64,000 nucleotides of DNA from Tubiluchus corallicola. Taxonomy: Eukaryota; Animalia; Priapulida. How positions within the stretch are numbered: position 1 is the stretch's first letter; the number at the start of each line of letters is the position of its first letter. The translations under genes and the position numbers were made by a program. The stretch spans positions 1,000,321 to 1,064,320 of the forward strand of contig JAQGDQ010000029.1 in NCBI GenBank assembly GCA_030141605.1, in the 5' to 3' direction. This document shows positions 12,201 to 26,400 of the stretch, piece by piece. The notes under the pieces are model-generated. The model made no database searches. It saw only the letters and a program-made list of their open reading frames with translations, and had not been told where the DNA came from.

Positions 12201-15200
12201 GCCTCATTAGGATTGTGGCTGTGTAGCCAGATAATGGATTTATCTTGCAGCATGCTCAGTGAGTGATGTGACAGATTGCAAAACGTACAAAGCTTTAGTT
12301 TTTATTTTTGTAACATTTGTCACTTTTTCAATATCTAAAACATTTCTCGAGTGCTAAGCTCATTACAAAAAAACAAGTTACCTAAAGCATGGTCCGTACA
12401 TGATTGACGAAACCAAAGTAGTTCATGTAAATTGAATTTAAAAAAACCACTTGCCTCTGAAGTCATCCAAAATTACCCCGTTACTATTGTCCACAGTAAG
12501 AGTAATTTATGCTCATGAACTTTTACTCTTAAGTGGCATTTACGTAGCATAGGGATGCGTTTTCCTATGCGGAACAGCCTGCGGAAAAAATCTATAGGAA
12601 ATAACTGCAGAAAAACAATAACGCATACCCAGGCTGCATAAACGGGTGCATTAAAAACGACATTAACCGATTCTATCTATTTCGCACCCCCAAAAACCAC
12701 ACATATCACCATGCTACATAAACGCCACTTTACACTTATAAATTTGTAAAGACAGAGAAGGCTGAAGAACATTCTTAGTACCTACATAATGACAAAATCT
12801 GATCAATGTTTTGTGGTTAAAGGAAAAACAGTCGTCATACTTTTTACTTGGAGGCTTTATCTATACAATATTAGAATAAACTTGAAGATCCTATCATGCA
12901 TTGACAAGGTATAATAAATGCTTTATAATTAAAAGAAAAAATACTCATCATAAAACCTTTTTTTACTATCATCTTTATTATCAGTGTGTTCTTGATGTCT
13001 GTTTCTTGTTAATTATAAATGTTTTCTAGATTTATGGTGTAACACTGTAACCCTTATCCTTGCAATGTACATGCGCGTTTTCGTCTCTGTATCTGATTTA
13101 TATGCATTTATGGTTTTCAATGCTGTTTATTATCTAGATTAAGATTTATAATGGGGCGCACATGACTGTGCTGCAGCTGTGCGACGAAAAGTTTATGTGC
13201 TGTTTTTCACGTTTTCCAGGAGCATTTTAACTTCTTCGCATTTGACGAAAATGTTGGGCCTGTTGTGTTGTCGGTAAAAACGGAGAACTATTCCTCACAG
13301 GAGCAGACACGTCTCATAGTCAGGTATATGACAACCCAAGCAGATGGTTTTAAGATATGCCTACAAGTGAATTTTCATTAAGCAATAATTTAGCTTTGTG
13401 AAGAAATTTATTTATTTTGAATTCTGGTTCAGTTAAAGCTTTAAAAACAGTCAACTTGAACATTTCAAAAGAGTTTAACTTGCACTTGCATCTTTGGAGT
13501 TCTTGATGAAGCAGAAGTGTTGTTTGAATTTTTGCATCATACAAATTACTTGTTTTTTCACGGGTTCTATGAATGGTAATTGATTCATTCAACCTTTAAT
13601 TGTAATATTATATTCATCTGGATTTGAAAGGTTCCTTTAGAACTAAAATTTAAAGAAGTCAAAACTAATTTCAGGACGAAGCAGAGCACAGTTCATGAGT
13701 TAGTCATGTCAAGAACTTTGCAAGACTGTCCCAGTCCAGCTAGAATGGCCAAGCTTCTCTGTGACCAAATAACAACAGAGAAATTTAGCCCGGTACTTTT
13801 TCCAAAAGTAAGTAACCATTTGCTTGTTTGTCAAATATGCATCCAGTATATCTATATAATAACTTTGTAGGCTTTAAACGTTTAGTCTTACCAGAAAAGC
13901 TTTTCAGCTATTGTGACTATCTTAAATGCATGAAGAATTAGGTCAAACTTTGCTAAACTTGCAAAAGACAAAATATATTTAATGATTGTTCTATGCACAA
14001 CTCTCCTACTTGTATTTTTTGAGCCATATTGAAATCTCATTTCTATGTTTTTTCAGGGCTCAGAGATGATCTGTGCATATGATGAACACGTCCTAGTCAA
14101 TACATTCAAATTCGGTATCTGCTACCAGCGGTTTGGGCAGGTAACGGAGGAGGAATTATTTGGAAACATAAACCACAGTCCAGCCATGGAAGAGTTTCTC
14201 CAGATGCTTGGTCAACGGGTCACTTTAAAAGACTTCAAAGGGTAATCATCATCTTACGAAGCAAATCTTGTTTCGATTTCATTCTGTTTCATCACTAAAA
14301 GCAGATGCTAATTGATATTCTGCATAAGTTATGCAAACAGAAGCCACTAGATGAGGAAAAATTTTCCCACAGACAAAAGGGATGTTTTGAATAGTGCAGA
14401 TAATAACTGGAATTCAAATTCAATACGTCAGACTAAATGGCTTTGTGAATGCACTCTGTTTTATCGTCATTTATTGATCATTTGATGATATTTTGGGTAG
14501 ATTATCTGAACATAAATTGTGCGTGCAGGAAAGCAAGTTTTAATTGCATGGTACCAACTGTGCAAAATTTTTTAGCAGCAGTTGAGTAGTTAATCTATAT
14601 TAGAATGATAGTCTTTTCTATAGTATTGTGATTGCACGTGTATGTAGTATGGGAAAAGAGCAAATGCTCGCGGCATAATATTGGCCTAATATTTGTGGGC
14701 AGGCTATTGTACCACTTACACATGCAAAATATATTTAAAAACACCAGAAGCTTAGTTTTAATTGGCTTTGCTACAAATTTATGTATTAGTATTCAAAGAA
14801 ATTGTTAAAGTCGTCAGTTAGTGTTTTTGTCTGTTATCTTTTACAATGGTGATGGCTATGGTTTTGGCAGTTGTTGCTGCCTAGACTACTTTCAATACAT
14901 CAATTTAAACTATTCATTCTGTGTAAAATGTTAGCTGCAGTGTGATGTTTTGGATTTTTTAAATACACTGCTTTTTTCATTTATATACCTTGAGACAGTA
15001 TGGTACAGTCGCACATAGAATACTGTATGCTGCATTCTATTAACCATGTGGCGCTTTGTTTACAGGTATCGAGGAGGTCTTGATATTGTCCATGGACAGA
15101 CCGGTGTCGAATCAGTTTACAAAAAATTTAAAGATCGAGAAATCATGTTCCACGTTTCAACACTTCTACCGTACAGTGAGGGTGATGCCCAGCAAGTAAG

Positions 15201-18200
15201 TAGATGAATGCTTTTATTTATGTGATATTAAATTTATGGATTTTTTTTTAAAAACTGTGACATGGTGTCCTGTTTTAGTTAAATTAGTATATGGACCATG
15301 CCATGCAGAACCAGACATAAATGAAAAGTGCTCACAGGACTTGTAAAAGACATTGTATTGCTTCAGTGATAAATTCTGTCAAATCACAAACTCTGCATTG
15401 TATTTTATAGCATTTTTAGTAAAAAGTTGATAATAGTAACAAATACACAACATAATTAACCGTGATCATACTACTTTATCAAGATTGAACTAGTATAAAT
15501 CACATGGAATTTAATTTTTGTGAGGAGGGAAAAACCGTAGCACCTGTATTTTTGGTACTTTTGCAATGTAAATCATTAATACTGTAGTAGGTTTTATGCA
15601 GCTTTTCAAAAGAAGTACTGAGCTGCTGAGTATTTTTTGTATGATGATTTTGACAAACTGTTCCTGCTTTCATATATATATATATATACTACTTTGTAGC
15701 ATAAGAGAGCTTCAGGCACTTCGAATGCTAATTATTGTTTCATACTGATTTTATTTTTTGCAGTTACAAAGAAAGCGGCACATAGGAAATGATATTGTCT
15801 CTATCATCTTCCAAGAAACAAACACGCCTTTCATCCCAGACATGATCGCTTCGAATTTCCTTCATGCATACATCATCATACAGCCTCTCTCACCAAATAC
15901 TGATAACACCATGTATCGGGTATGAGTTTCTTTGCACACATTTTTCTTTACCAACTAGTAAAATTGATTCAAAGTTATTGAACATATACTTGTATTATAG
16001 TTAGAAAAAAAGCAAGCAAATAATAGAGAGCAGCAGTCAGACATAAGCTAGACATTAGCTAGTATTTTACATTGTGCACAGCATCCTTACCTGTAGCTTT
16101 CTTAAGTATTTTTGACAACTTAAGTATTTCTTAAGTTTTAGTAACTGTTGTTATATGCATTAATGTAGGTATCAGTAACAGCTAGGGAAGACGTTCCATT
16201 TTTTGGACCAACGTTACCAAACCCGCCTATATTTCGCAAGGGTCCGGAGTTTCACGATTGGCTGTTGACCAAGCTGATCAATGCCGAGAATGCCAGTTAC
16301 AAAGCAGAACGTTTTGCTAAGTTGGAGGTAAGACTGTAAAATACAGTTTCTATTCTGTTGTATGGTAAATAGACCGAATGTTAGCTAGCCTATTCTCTAA
16401 AAATGTACCCGCATTTGTGATTTACTTGACTGATCTTTATCATAACAACTTTTTGTCACCATTAGCAAAATTTTCCAGCCTCTCGGTACTGTAGTTTTGG
16501 CAATGTCTCATACTGATTAGGCCAATTTAGATTTAACATGGTACTGTATAATATATTATTGATGCCAAATGAGTTTACGAACTAAACTGGGCTTCAAGAA
16601 GAATTAATAATTATTAAACTTGAAATTGTGATGGGATGTGATCTATATTTACCTACTAGTAAAAAAATTAACTAACCTTCATAAAATCGTTAAACTTAAA
16701 AGGGGTGAATTTTTCAGTTTGAAATAATCATTTGCACTACTATAATTTTTTATTTAGGAAAGAACGCGATCATCACTTCTTGATTCTTTGTTTGTGGACC
16801 TCCAACAGAAAACCGAAGAGATTTTTGCACAGCCCAATGCCCCTACGCCAAAATCTGAAAGCAGTAATTCATTTTTCGACACGTTACGAAAAGCTATTGG
16901 TACACGGATGACAACAGCGCGCAGCCAATCAGTAGACAGCAGCCTCTCATCAGCAGCCAACAGAAAATCAATGAATTTGGATGCTTTGAATTCAAATGCT
17001 GAATCAGCTGTCTTTTCTGTACGTTTCCCATCATTTTGCTCACTAAATTTTAACACTGAAATTTGTTGTGTTGAAAATTGAAAGTGGATATTTTTTATCC
17101 AAATTTTTAACCATATAATATATTTTTGTTTCATGAATGGCATTGTCTCTTTTTCAGAATTCCAACAATAAGAGCAGCAGTCTGAAGCAATCATCAAATT
17201 CAAATGAAAATTCAAAGCGAAAAGAAAATGGTCAAGTTTCTTCTGATTCATCGTCTGGTACAGTAAAAATGTGAGTACGAGATCTTATTTTATCATATTT
17301 GTTTAATTTGATACACTTTCCTTAGAATTATAATTTCTATGATAATGATATCATTTATAGAATTTCTGATTTCAACAGTAACTTTTTATAGCTTTCTTCG
17401 CCTCTGTGGCTAAACATCGTAGACAATCGGGTGTGGTTAAATTTCAGGGTACATCGAATGAGTAACAAAGTACTCGTGTTGTAAATTTATACATTTATTT
17501 CAATTTGCAGGAAGCCACGAAATTCTACTGAAAGCACTAGTAGTAGTGTGACACCAGCCTCTTACAAGACGGCGTCGCAGCCCAATTCACCTGTTTCTAG
17601 TCCTGAGACCAACACTGCACCAAAAACTAGGTAAAAATTACTAGTAGCAATAATTTCAGCAATTAAAGTGTTGCTTTACCAATTTTGGTTGGCAGTAGTG
17701 TCTGCTTGGAGATCATGATTTTATGTAAATTTTCCTTAAATTTGATTTAAACTTGTCTAATGTGTATGGATGTTTAGATTGCCTGTTGCCTAGAGTCTAG
17801 ACAGTTGTCTGTGCAACTCAACACATTTCAGTGTTTCTAAATCTAAACTAAAATGCTTTTTTTAATTCGAGCTTAGAATGATTTTCCAATTTTTTTGTTG
17901 TGATAACGTTTTTTTTTTAATTTTGTTTCACATAATACAAACTAAAGAAAATTACCTTAAAGCCATTTCTTTATTAATTTTAAATAATGAAATAATTATT
18001 ATTTAATAGTTATTTATTAGTAAGTTGTTAGCCATTTATTTAAACAAACTGGGATTAGTCAGGCAAATTATTGACTGTTGGATATAAAAAATGTTGGAAT
18101 AAGAAAACAAGTGTCAATTCTAGCAGAGCCAATAATGTGTTTGTAATAATTTCAGCAGAACTTTGGTAAATCTCAAAAATACATCCTCTGTGTCAACGGG

Positions 18201-20369
18201 CAGCATAAATTCTGTGGATGAGTGCAACAGTAATCATTGTAACAACCTGGAGGACTCTGACACTGGAATGGTATAATCATTCACTTTAATGACACCTTTT
18301 TGTCTTTAAACAGCTTGTCTTGTTCTTTTAGCTTATAGATATTTTATTGTTTTAGCAGTAAATATCAAAACAGTGAAATTTGAAAAAAGTTTATTTGAAC
18401 TTGCGCTTCTCAGAACGTAAGCATTCACTGAGCAATCATTTCAGCTGTAGCTTACTTGCTTGTATATCTGATATCTTGCTACATGCTTTTATTTTAGGAA
18501 AGCATGTCTTCTGCAGAAACACCAAACAAACGGATGTCTATGTCTTGCAGTTTTTGTATGGAAGAAGGTGGCTGTACCATGGCATATGAAACTGACGGTA
18601 TGCTTCATTTTATAATGATGTAGCTTAGGTTTTGTTTCAAGTACTTAATATTTTGCTAAAGTACAAATCAACATATGGTAATACAGATCAATTTGTTATG
18701 TCAAAGTGTTGCTGGTAGTAAAAAAATTATTATATCAAGGTATTATTGAGACTACAGAAAATCTATCACATCTTCAAAATGTAGTATATAAGTTTTATGC
18801 GTCTCACACAGTCTACGATCTACGAGGGTATGATCTGAGCAGCCCTTAGAGAACTCAAGGTCCTCCAACAGATCTCGCAATGGCTCGATCAATAATTGTG
18901 TGCTTGCAAACCAAAACCGTCCATAAGTAAGCATAGTTAAAACTACGTTATGATGCTTCAAATGAGAATGCACTAAAAATTTGGTAAAATGTCAATTTTT
19001 CGTTTTTTATAAAATCAAATGCTACATATATTGGACTTTTATATTCTAGCATCAAATTATCAAAAAAATGTTCAAAAAATACTAAAAATTTAATTTTATA
19101 ACCCAATTTTCTGTCTGGAAACTAGCACTGCAATTGTAAAAAACTCTTATTGCCAAACTCCGATATTAGCTCCTGGAAGCAATCATTTTGCTTTGGGTTT
19201 TTTCGCTTAACAAGCCCAGATCTTCATCAGGTAGAGCTATAAACTGAACTGCAATGCACTTTTGTAAAGTCCTAGCAACCACACTTTCGTCCGGTTGCTT
19301 TGTAGCCACATGACAAAAAACAATAGCTAACTAACAACAATTTTCTCAAGATTACGTTTTTCAGTTGTTTTTTTTTCATCTTAACGTCTTCTCCGGGGGC
19401 TTTTACTATGGTTTTCTGCTATTTCAGACGATATTTTGATGTAATAAAATGTTCTATACTATTACTCGTTGTTTTTATATCTCCTAAGAATAGGTTATGT
19501 ACCAATCAGTGTATAATCTTTGAAGATGTTTATGTAATTTACTATGTTGTGTATATTAAACGTAGAACAAAATTTAGAACTGTATGGCAGGTTAGAGACT
19601 TATATATCATTTTTATCTAGGCCTTAAAAAAATAAACAATTTACACTTTTTTGCTTATTGCAAATGACTGATTTGAAAACAATTATAATCACTTATTTGT
19701 ACTAAATTTAAATTTTGTTTAAACTATAAAAAAACTTTTCGTAATAAAAGATTTTTTATTCTACTCTACGTATCCTATGCAATAATTGTTTTGGTTTGGT
19801 TTGTCTTTTGGTTTATAATAATATGCTTTTATTATTTCACATTACTTCAATATATACTAACAATAAGTGCATAATAAATAAATATTTTTTACAGAAACTC
19901 TTTACCGACAGCTAGAGGCAAATAAACAAGAGGTTAACAAATTAAAATGTGACAAACTCGACTTAATTCGCCAGAATGTGGTGAGTTTAAAAAGTGATTG
20001 CAGTTTTACATTTAAGTTTAATTCAGCATTAGCTGTTGTTTTTGCAATTGACTTTATCAGTTGTGTTATGTTTTAATCTGATGTTAATTCTCAGAGAAAT
20101 TAAGAATGTGTATGTAAAAATTATTCAGATCCAAGTAGTTTATAATAGATTAAAGTGCACGTAAATTTCCTTGGAATAACATTTTGTTCTAATAATTTTT
20201 AGTCTGAATGAAAATTTACATTTGTTTATAGGCTTGTCAACGAGACATAAAAAAGCTAAAGGAAAGGGAATCTAAACTCGCGACTGACATTGAAACCCTA
20301 CAAATGGAAATAGGGCAGTTGCGCTCAATATTACGGGATCGGGAGTCTCGCGTCATTGCGACTGTATAG
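138..20369 (+). CDS. RAP1GAP: Rap1 GTPase-activating protein (GoLoco + Rap-GAP domain + C-terminal coiled coil), multi-exon, about 791 aa with one GoLoco exon
   Basis: Phase-consistent GT-AG exons: 138-268, 954-1047, 7940-8026 (and/or 10226-10312), 11597-11860, 13220-13323, 13675-13807, 14057-14241, 15066-15195, 15764-15919, 16169-16327, 16758-17018, 17158-17270, 17511-17630, 18156-18270, 18498-18597, 19895-19980, 20232-20369 (TAG). Motifs: [54 protein letters not shown] (catalytic Asn thumb), [20 protein letters not shown]. Further 5' exons may lie upstream of the window. Confidence 0.95.
4531..4548 (+). CDS. RAP1GAP: Candidate alternative first coding exon of Rap1GAP (MVCCSH)
   Basis: gatATGG start with an in-frame TAA upstream; donor CAT|GTAAGC in phase 0, matching the GoLoco exons. 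Confidence 0.5.
7940..8026 (+). CDS. RAP1GAP: GoLoco motif exon A of Rap1GAP
   Basis: ttgcag|[29 protein letters not shown]|gtaagt; 87 nt, phase 0-0; has the (D/E)QR triad. Confidence 0.92.
9087..9131 (+). promoter_or_regulatory. Candidate internal Rap1GAP promoter (double E-box plus initiator)
   Basis: GTCACGTGAC (9087-9096) overlapping CACGTG (9096-9101); TCAGTT at 9126-9131; donor-like GTAAGG at 9219. Confidence 0.35.
10226..10312 (+). CDS. RAP1GAP: GoLoco motif exon B of Rap1GAP (paralogous cassette)
   Basis: Long polypyrimidine tract, ctcag|[29 protein letters not shown]|gtactt; 87 nt, phase 0-0. Confidence 0.85.
12532..12729. mobile_element. Tourist/PIF-Harbinger-type MITE
   Basis: TIRs AGTGGCATTTACGTAGCAT and ATGCTACATAAACGCCACT (2 mismatches in 19); TTA target-site duplication at 12529-12531 and 12730-12732; no ORF. 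Confidence 0.75.
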
Positions 20370-21311
20370 TGCTAGGTGACACTAGTGTTCACAACACGAC
20401 AGAACATTGGTCTTAGACTGTGCATGTGTTGTGAAATTTTGACCCTTGTGACTAACTTTGTCAGAACTTTTATCACTTGTGAAACAGTGTGTAAGCTAAC
20501 AGTAAGTGTCATCAAGTATTTTGTGAAAATCTTAAAAGAGTTTTACAATGAAGAAGCAATTGTATCGTTAATTACGAGGTTAATTGGCAGGCACATCATT
20601 GTGGCCAGTGTTACTACAGGACCACATAAGCAGCAAAACAACAAAATGACGTGCTCTTTTACCGAGTGACAATCAGTGATTATACAGTGTTTATACCAAG
20701 AACAGGTCGCAAACCAGTGTATTGTTGGCTAAGAAAGTTTCATTCGTGAATCGTGTATTTATTTTTTTTTTGTAATGTAAATGTTTGCACATACTGGATA
20801 CTTACATATAAATACGTAGCGATATAAACTAGCAGAAATGGTTCTATACGTGTTAATCGTTGAAAATTGTACATTGAATTTTGTATGAAATTTGTGGTTT
20901 TATTATTTTTTTAACAAACATTTAACATTGCGAACAGTAGTATTGTATTAAAATGGCAGACTACATAGTGTTAAAATAGTTTATTTATGTTCCAGTAGAC
21001 AGGCATGTGAAATTGTTACAGAAATGATCAGGCTATAATCTTAGCTACTATTTTCATTAATTTTTTTTGCTGGATTGAAAGTTACTAGAGTTTTCTTTAA
21101 AATTGAATGTATTAACATCTAAGCATTAATGCTGCATTGCTTAAAAATTGTCTTGAATTACCATATTGTTTATACCATTCTGATCTCTCTTCTCCTTGTC
21201 TATATTCGTTGCAGCTAGTTGTAGCATTGTATAAATCATTTACAATTTGATACTTATTGTAAAAAAGACGAAACTGTCCACGTTACTTAAATACTTATTT
21301 AAAGGTGTTAC

Positions 21312-21317
21312 AATAAA
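21312..21317 (+). terminator. Candidate polyadenylation signal of Rap1GAP
   Basis: AATAAA about 940 nt after the stop codon, at the end of a U-rich 3' UTR-like tract. Confidence 0.4.
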
Positions 21318-21391
21318 AGTGGCTATTAAGAAAGAATGCTGTTGGCTTAATTACATAACCTGTCCAAAAGTAATACGAAAAATCAAACTAT

Positions 21392-21750
21392 CACTTTGTT
21401 TAAAATCGTTAAATACATCTCATTTAGGATCGTTTAGGTAACAATTCACTAGACCAACTGTACAGTTTACGTATGTAAAAATATTACAAAGACAAAAGTG
21501 GTAGGCACTACTCGAGTATTAACACAAACAGTTGTTTCAAGAACGTGCACACAAGTTTTCAGCAAACTGTAACACTTAGTTTAAAATCGTTAAATATATT
21601 TCATTTATAATTATTTTAGGAAGCAATTCACTAGAACAAGTGCACAATGTACATATGTAAAAATATTGCAAAGACAAAAGTGGTTGGCATTGCTCAAGTA
21701 TTAACTCACATTCAGTCGTTTCAAGAACACGCACAAGTTTTTGGCAGAAG
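21392..21750. repeat. Diverged tandem duplication, two copies of about 181 bp
   Basis: Shared blocks TTTAAAATCGTTAAATA, CAATTCACTAGA, CAAAGACAAAAGTGGT and TTTCAAGAAC in copies starting at 21392 and 21573. Confidence 0.85.
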
Positions 21751-23408
21751 ACCAAATTGTCTGCATGTGTTATTACTGCCACATGTTTGCATATAAATGT
21801 GCCGCACGTGCAATCTGACAATATCATAAAAATGCTACATTCCAAATTATTTACAACAAACTTAGTTTAATTAAAATATCATGCTGAGTAAGATATGCTC
21901 TTATACATAATTTTATAAAATCTTATTACTGCCATTGCACTTTAACTAAATAACCTAATTCAAAAGTTCAAGTGAAGTTTAGGAAAGATGCATAATGAAG
22001 GAAACGTTAAATGATTGGTAATGTGATAGTCCAATTTTAAAGAAAACAAGAACGGAAAATTTACTAAGTATTTCTTCAATTAATTTATGCCACACAAACA
22101 GGATTGATAAATTCATGAAAACTGCACAAAGTTATAAGCATTATCGTTTCAAATACAGATGGTCCGAATTACAAAACTATTTTTATACCGTGAGAAAGCT
22201 CCAAACTTTTTGCTTAACAACCTATATGCGTTTAACTGTAGTAAAACCTAAAGAAATTTTACATAGAAAAAAATAGGTTACAACAAACAGTTCTGTGCCA
22301 TCACATCAAATTATTTAATCAACCATTGTGGATAAAGAATTTGTAGCAAACATTGACAAAACTGTGTTAAGTGTTAATATCTTATATTGGATAAATTAGG
22401 CAATGAGCAAGCTACCAGTTTTAATACTACAGTACTTATTTAAAATTTTATGACAGGTGCAAGATTAAAAAATGACAATTGTAGGGACCGTACCGCAGTA
22501 GTAACGCTTAATTGCGTTATTTACATTCTATCTAATTTTTGTTTCAAACTAACACGTTTCCTGCTTACTAACTGCCTGCATTTTTTTATAGCTGGAACAC
22601 AATTTACGCTATCCCAATAAACATCTACAAAAAAATTGACTAGTACACACGCAAATGCTGCTATATGCAGGTGAAAAACACAGGTTTAGATCAGATATTA
22701 GCACATATGTGCAATATACCGTGCCAATATGTGCACCTGCAATGGCTACAAATGTGTAAAACAATTATGCCTTACTAATTTTTGTGAAAATTGTCAATCA
22801 GCCTATGTTCACTGTTATGGCTGGACATGTACCTTAATTTTATTGCTTAACAGCCATATAGAAAAATCACCATGTAACTGGAAAGCGTCTGACTTGCTAA
22901 AAAACATGGCAAAACTTGTTAGTAAAACTAATGCACATTGTGTATGAACATCATAAGTGCCTACTCATCATCAAAAACCTACATTATCATGCAATGTCAA
23001 GACTGTAAGTAGCATTCAGCCAACAAAACTTTTAGGTGAGTTGGTGGACCACTAAGCTGTTCTGCACATTGTATAATGTTTAATGAACTACAAGTATACT
23101 TGTAGTAGGTGGGTGAAATAACAGTATACTTGCAGTTTGCAGGAAATGTATGAATGAGTGGATGGCAAATATGTACCTAATTGAGCCTGATTATATTACT
23201 CAGAAAGGTATTGCTTACCAGACTTTTAAAACTTGAATTGTTGGACAATTGGCAACAATGTACTCACAGAAGATGCAGAAATGCTTCAGCACATCTAGCC
23301 AAGCTAGCTGGCATAGATGGAGAAACGTTCAACTTTCAGTAACTTGCGAAGTTCAAAGACATCACATTAACAAACTGAGATGGGTCTAAATAACCGGGCA
23401 TTTTGCAC

Positions 23409-26400
23409 TCAGTTGTCTACATTGTTGTCAGACTCATTAAAGCTAGAATTCCGCGACAGCAAAGGTGAGATATTATTGACACTGCCGATGCCTATGAATG
23501 GCTTTTGACGATGTCGCACGTTCCAATGCATGCACGTGCTGAGACAGTGAAACCAGTCACTTATTTGATCCTCACGGCAAATGCAAGGCACTGGATAAAT
23601 TGCAGTAGTGATTCGTAACCTACAGCATAAAAATAGCACCATTACTAAATCATTAGACCAGAGTTTATACATTCACTGTTTTCATTCAGATTTCTGATGC
23701 TGAAACAAATCACAACAGCCACGGAGAAAAATAGCCATTTTTAGACATGCGGAGATTTAGTAGATGAAACACACTTAGTTATGAAATGTCCACATTACCA
23801 GGATGACAGATTAATATTGCAAATTTGATCTTTGTATACAAGAGTAGCCAAGAATGTCACTTGCAAATTTATTTTAGTTTATCTGGAATCATCCATTCAT
23901 ATTAAAAATCGTTTATTGTTTATGTAAAACCCAGATACATTTACATAAAAAGTTAATAATACTCTTTTACATATGTAACATTGATGTGACATTCATCTTT
24001 ATCGCCTATATGAATTAATTGTTATTTGTTCTGTGCACTCAAGCACCATATTTCGTATGTGACTATTGTTAAAATCTACTGCAAGTGCTCTGTAGATACT
24101 ACGGAACTACGCAAAGGCTGTTGGGAAACAGCTGATACACTTTCTTACAATTTTTGCCTTCATGGTAATCTAGTCATCAAACAGTCTCTTTAAGGAATTC
24201 CAAATATTGTAGTATTGAAGCCCTTTTTTGATAACAAATCTTTATCAGTCCTTTATCTTTTGTGGTGAAGACTATGACGTAAACTGATTGATTTCTTTAT
24301 TGTTTTGCTGCCACAGATTTTGACCAAAAATTAAAAAAAACACTAAAGCTATAAACTCTAAAAACCACTAAAGTTAAAAGGAAGTGTACTGTAATGCCAT
24401 ATTGAGAAATTTCAACTTTTGTACGACACTTGCTTTTAATATCATTGTAGTCTAAACTTCGGAAAAAATTTTCTGTGCTACCCGCCATATAAAACACTGT
24501 AGTCTTTTCTAGTTTTAGGCTGATGCATCAAGAATACTTGGTTTTCAGTGGCTATATTAAAAACTCACAACAACTCGTCACATTTTTGTTTCTCAGGTAC
24601 TTACACGTCACCTTGCCTTAGTTCTCGACGGTTTCTGCCATCAAAAGAAACCCAAGCCGATTGCCTTCCTTCAGGTGATACCATAATCTGAAATTTCATT
24701 TAAGTTACATAGCTTAAAATATCTGTCATCATAAAAGAACAATTTTTGTGTTGTTACATTATACCATAGTTTCTATTACAGTGCACAAAACTATGATAGC
24801 TCTTATTTTAATAACAATGCTGTAACTAGGAAACAGGCTCAACGTAGGCTTCTACGGCTTTCAGGCTAAAATTTCGTACTGCAAACTGCCAACACAACTG
24901 ATGAAAAAAATGGAAAAGAGGAGACACTGGATGAATAGAACACGTTCTGTACAATCATGCCTCTACCGAAGATCCTGCAAAACAGTTACTATTTTGTTTA
25001 CTTATTCCTTAATGAATCCTTGCTTATTGATACCCAAAGAAAACTTCCATTTCTCAGTCAACCAACAACAAATTCCGACCACGTCATCTTTAGTTAAAGG
25101 TCCATCTTTAAAATAAGTATCATTAAAGCCTGCCATCAAATTGACGAACTTGATGATACATCTTATCAGCATCGTAGGTTTAATTCCTCCACAGAAGCAA
25201 TAGTTAATCAATAATATTAAATAATTTAAAGTTTAAACATCAAATAAGTATGTTATCATGCTGACATGGAAGACTATGACCACACATATGACGTGTTAAC
25301 ACATTGTAATAATTTAAGTTTACAACAAAACTATTAGCTATTTCTATTCTTTACAATCATACCTTCACTTCCACTCCAGCTGGTACAACAATTGGCCTAA
25401 ATGACAAAGAATGTGGACAAATGGGTGTTATCATAATAGCCGGTACACTAGGGTGTACCATTGAGGCACCGGCTGCAACCGCATAAGCAGTACTGCCTGT
25501 TGGAGTGGATATAATTAAACCTGCAAAATCAAAATAGGCCTATTATATATTACCCTCATTGATATCATGTTCCAAATGATCATCAGTAACACAGAGTAAA
25601 AACTGTTCTATACTTTCATACTGCTACATGTACAAAAAATTTATAAGGCTGAAAGCCCTAACCAAGCAAAAGGAATCGAATTACAGGAATAGCAACAAGT
25701 TCTCAAAATCATGTATAGTTTCAGTTTACATATGAAAATCTTACATATTCACTTACGAATGCCTTGCACTTTTAATTATGAATGCCTCATGTAAATAGAC
25801 ATTGCCACAAAAATGAACAAAACATCTGCAGACGGTTATTTTAAGATGCGAAAATGGTCTTTAATATGAGGTACTTACCATCACCTTGGACGGATGTAAT
25901 GTATTGACCTTCTATATACAAATCAATGTTGGACAGGTAAGGGCTTGGTCCTCTATCAACCACTATCTCATTTAGAATCTTAAAAGACAGAAATAATGCA
26001 TCAGAACGTAGCATCATCAATTGGAAGCAAGCCTAAGATCAAGAAAGAGTGTGGCCAAAATTTAGATGGCTACTTTTTTGGATCTGGAGTCTTACAGAGA
26101 AAGTGTTGCAAAAAACAGCAAGAAGTACTTCTGCAATATATATTATTTGCTATTTAATTGGGTAGGCTTTATAATCCAGTTTTTTTCCTGGCTTTGCTAT
26201 TAAAACAGCCAAATGGATAATTGCTTACCATGAAAGAACTTTGCTTCGAGTGGTCCAACTCTTTCACTGGTATTCGAGAAACATCGGAACCTGCCTTGCT
26301 AATGGCACACTTTAATCGACTACGTAGCAACAACTTTGTGTTTCCTGGAACAAGGTGTCTGCATTTGTCAACATAACAGTCAAAGCTCCAAAATTGGTAA

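Noticed and set aside
16754-17251. 165-aa minus-strand ORF
   Set aside because: Antisense shadow of two Rap1GAP exons.
20355-20369. C-terminal IATV as a class I PDZ ligand
   Set aside because: Thr is at position -1 rather than -2, so at best a weak class II-like end.
23260-23385. Donor-like GTGAGT and acceptor-like site in the NADK 3' UTR
   Set aside because: All frames are closed and there is no supporting evidence for splicing.
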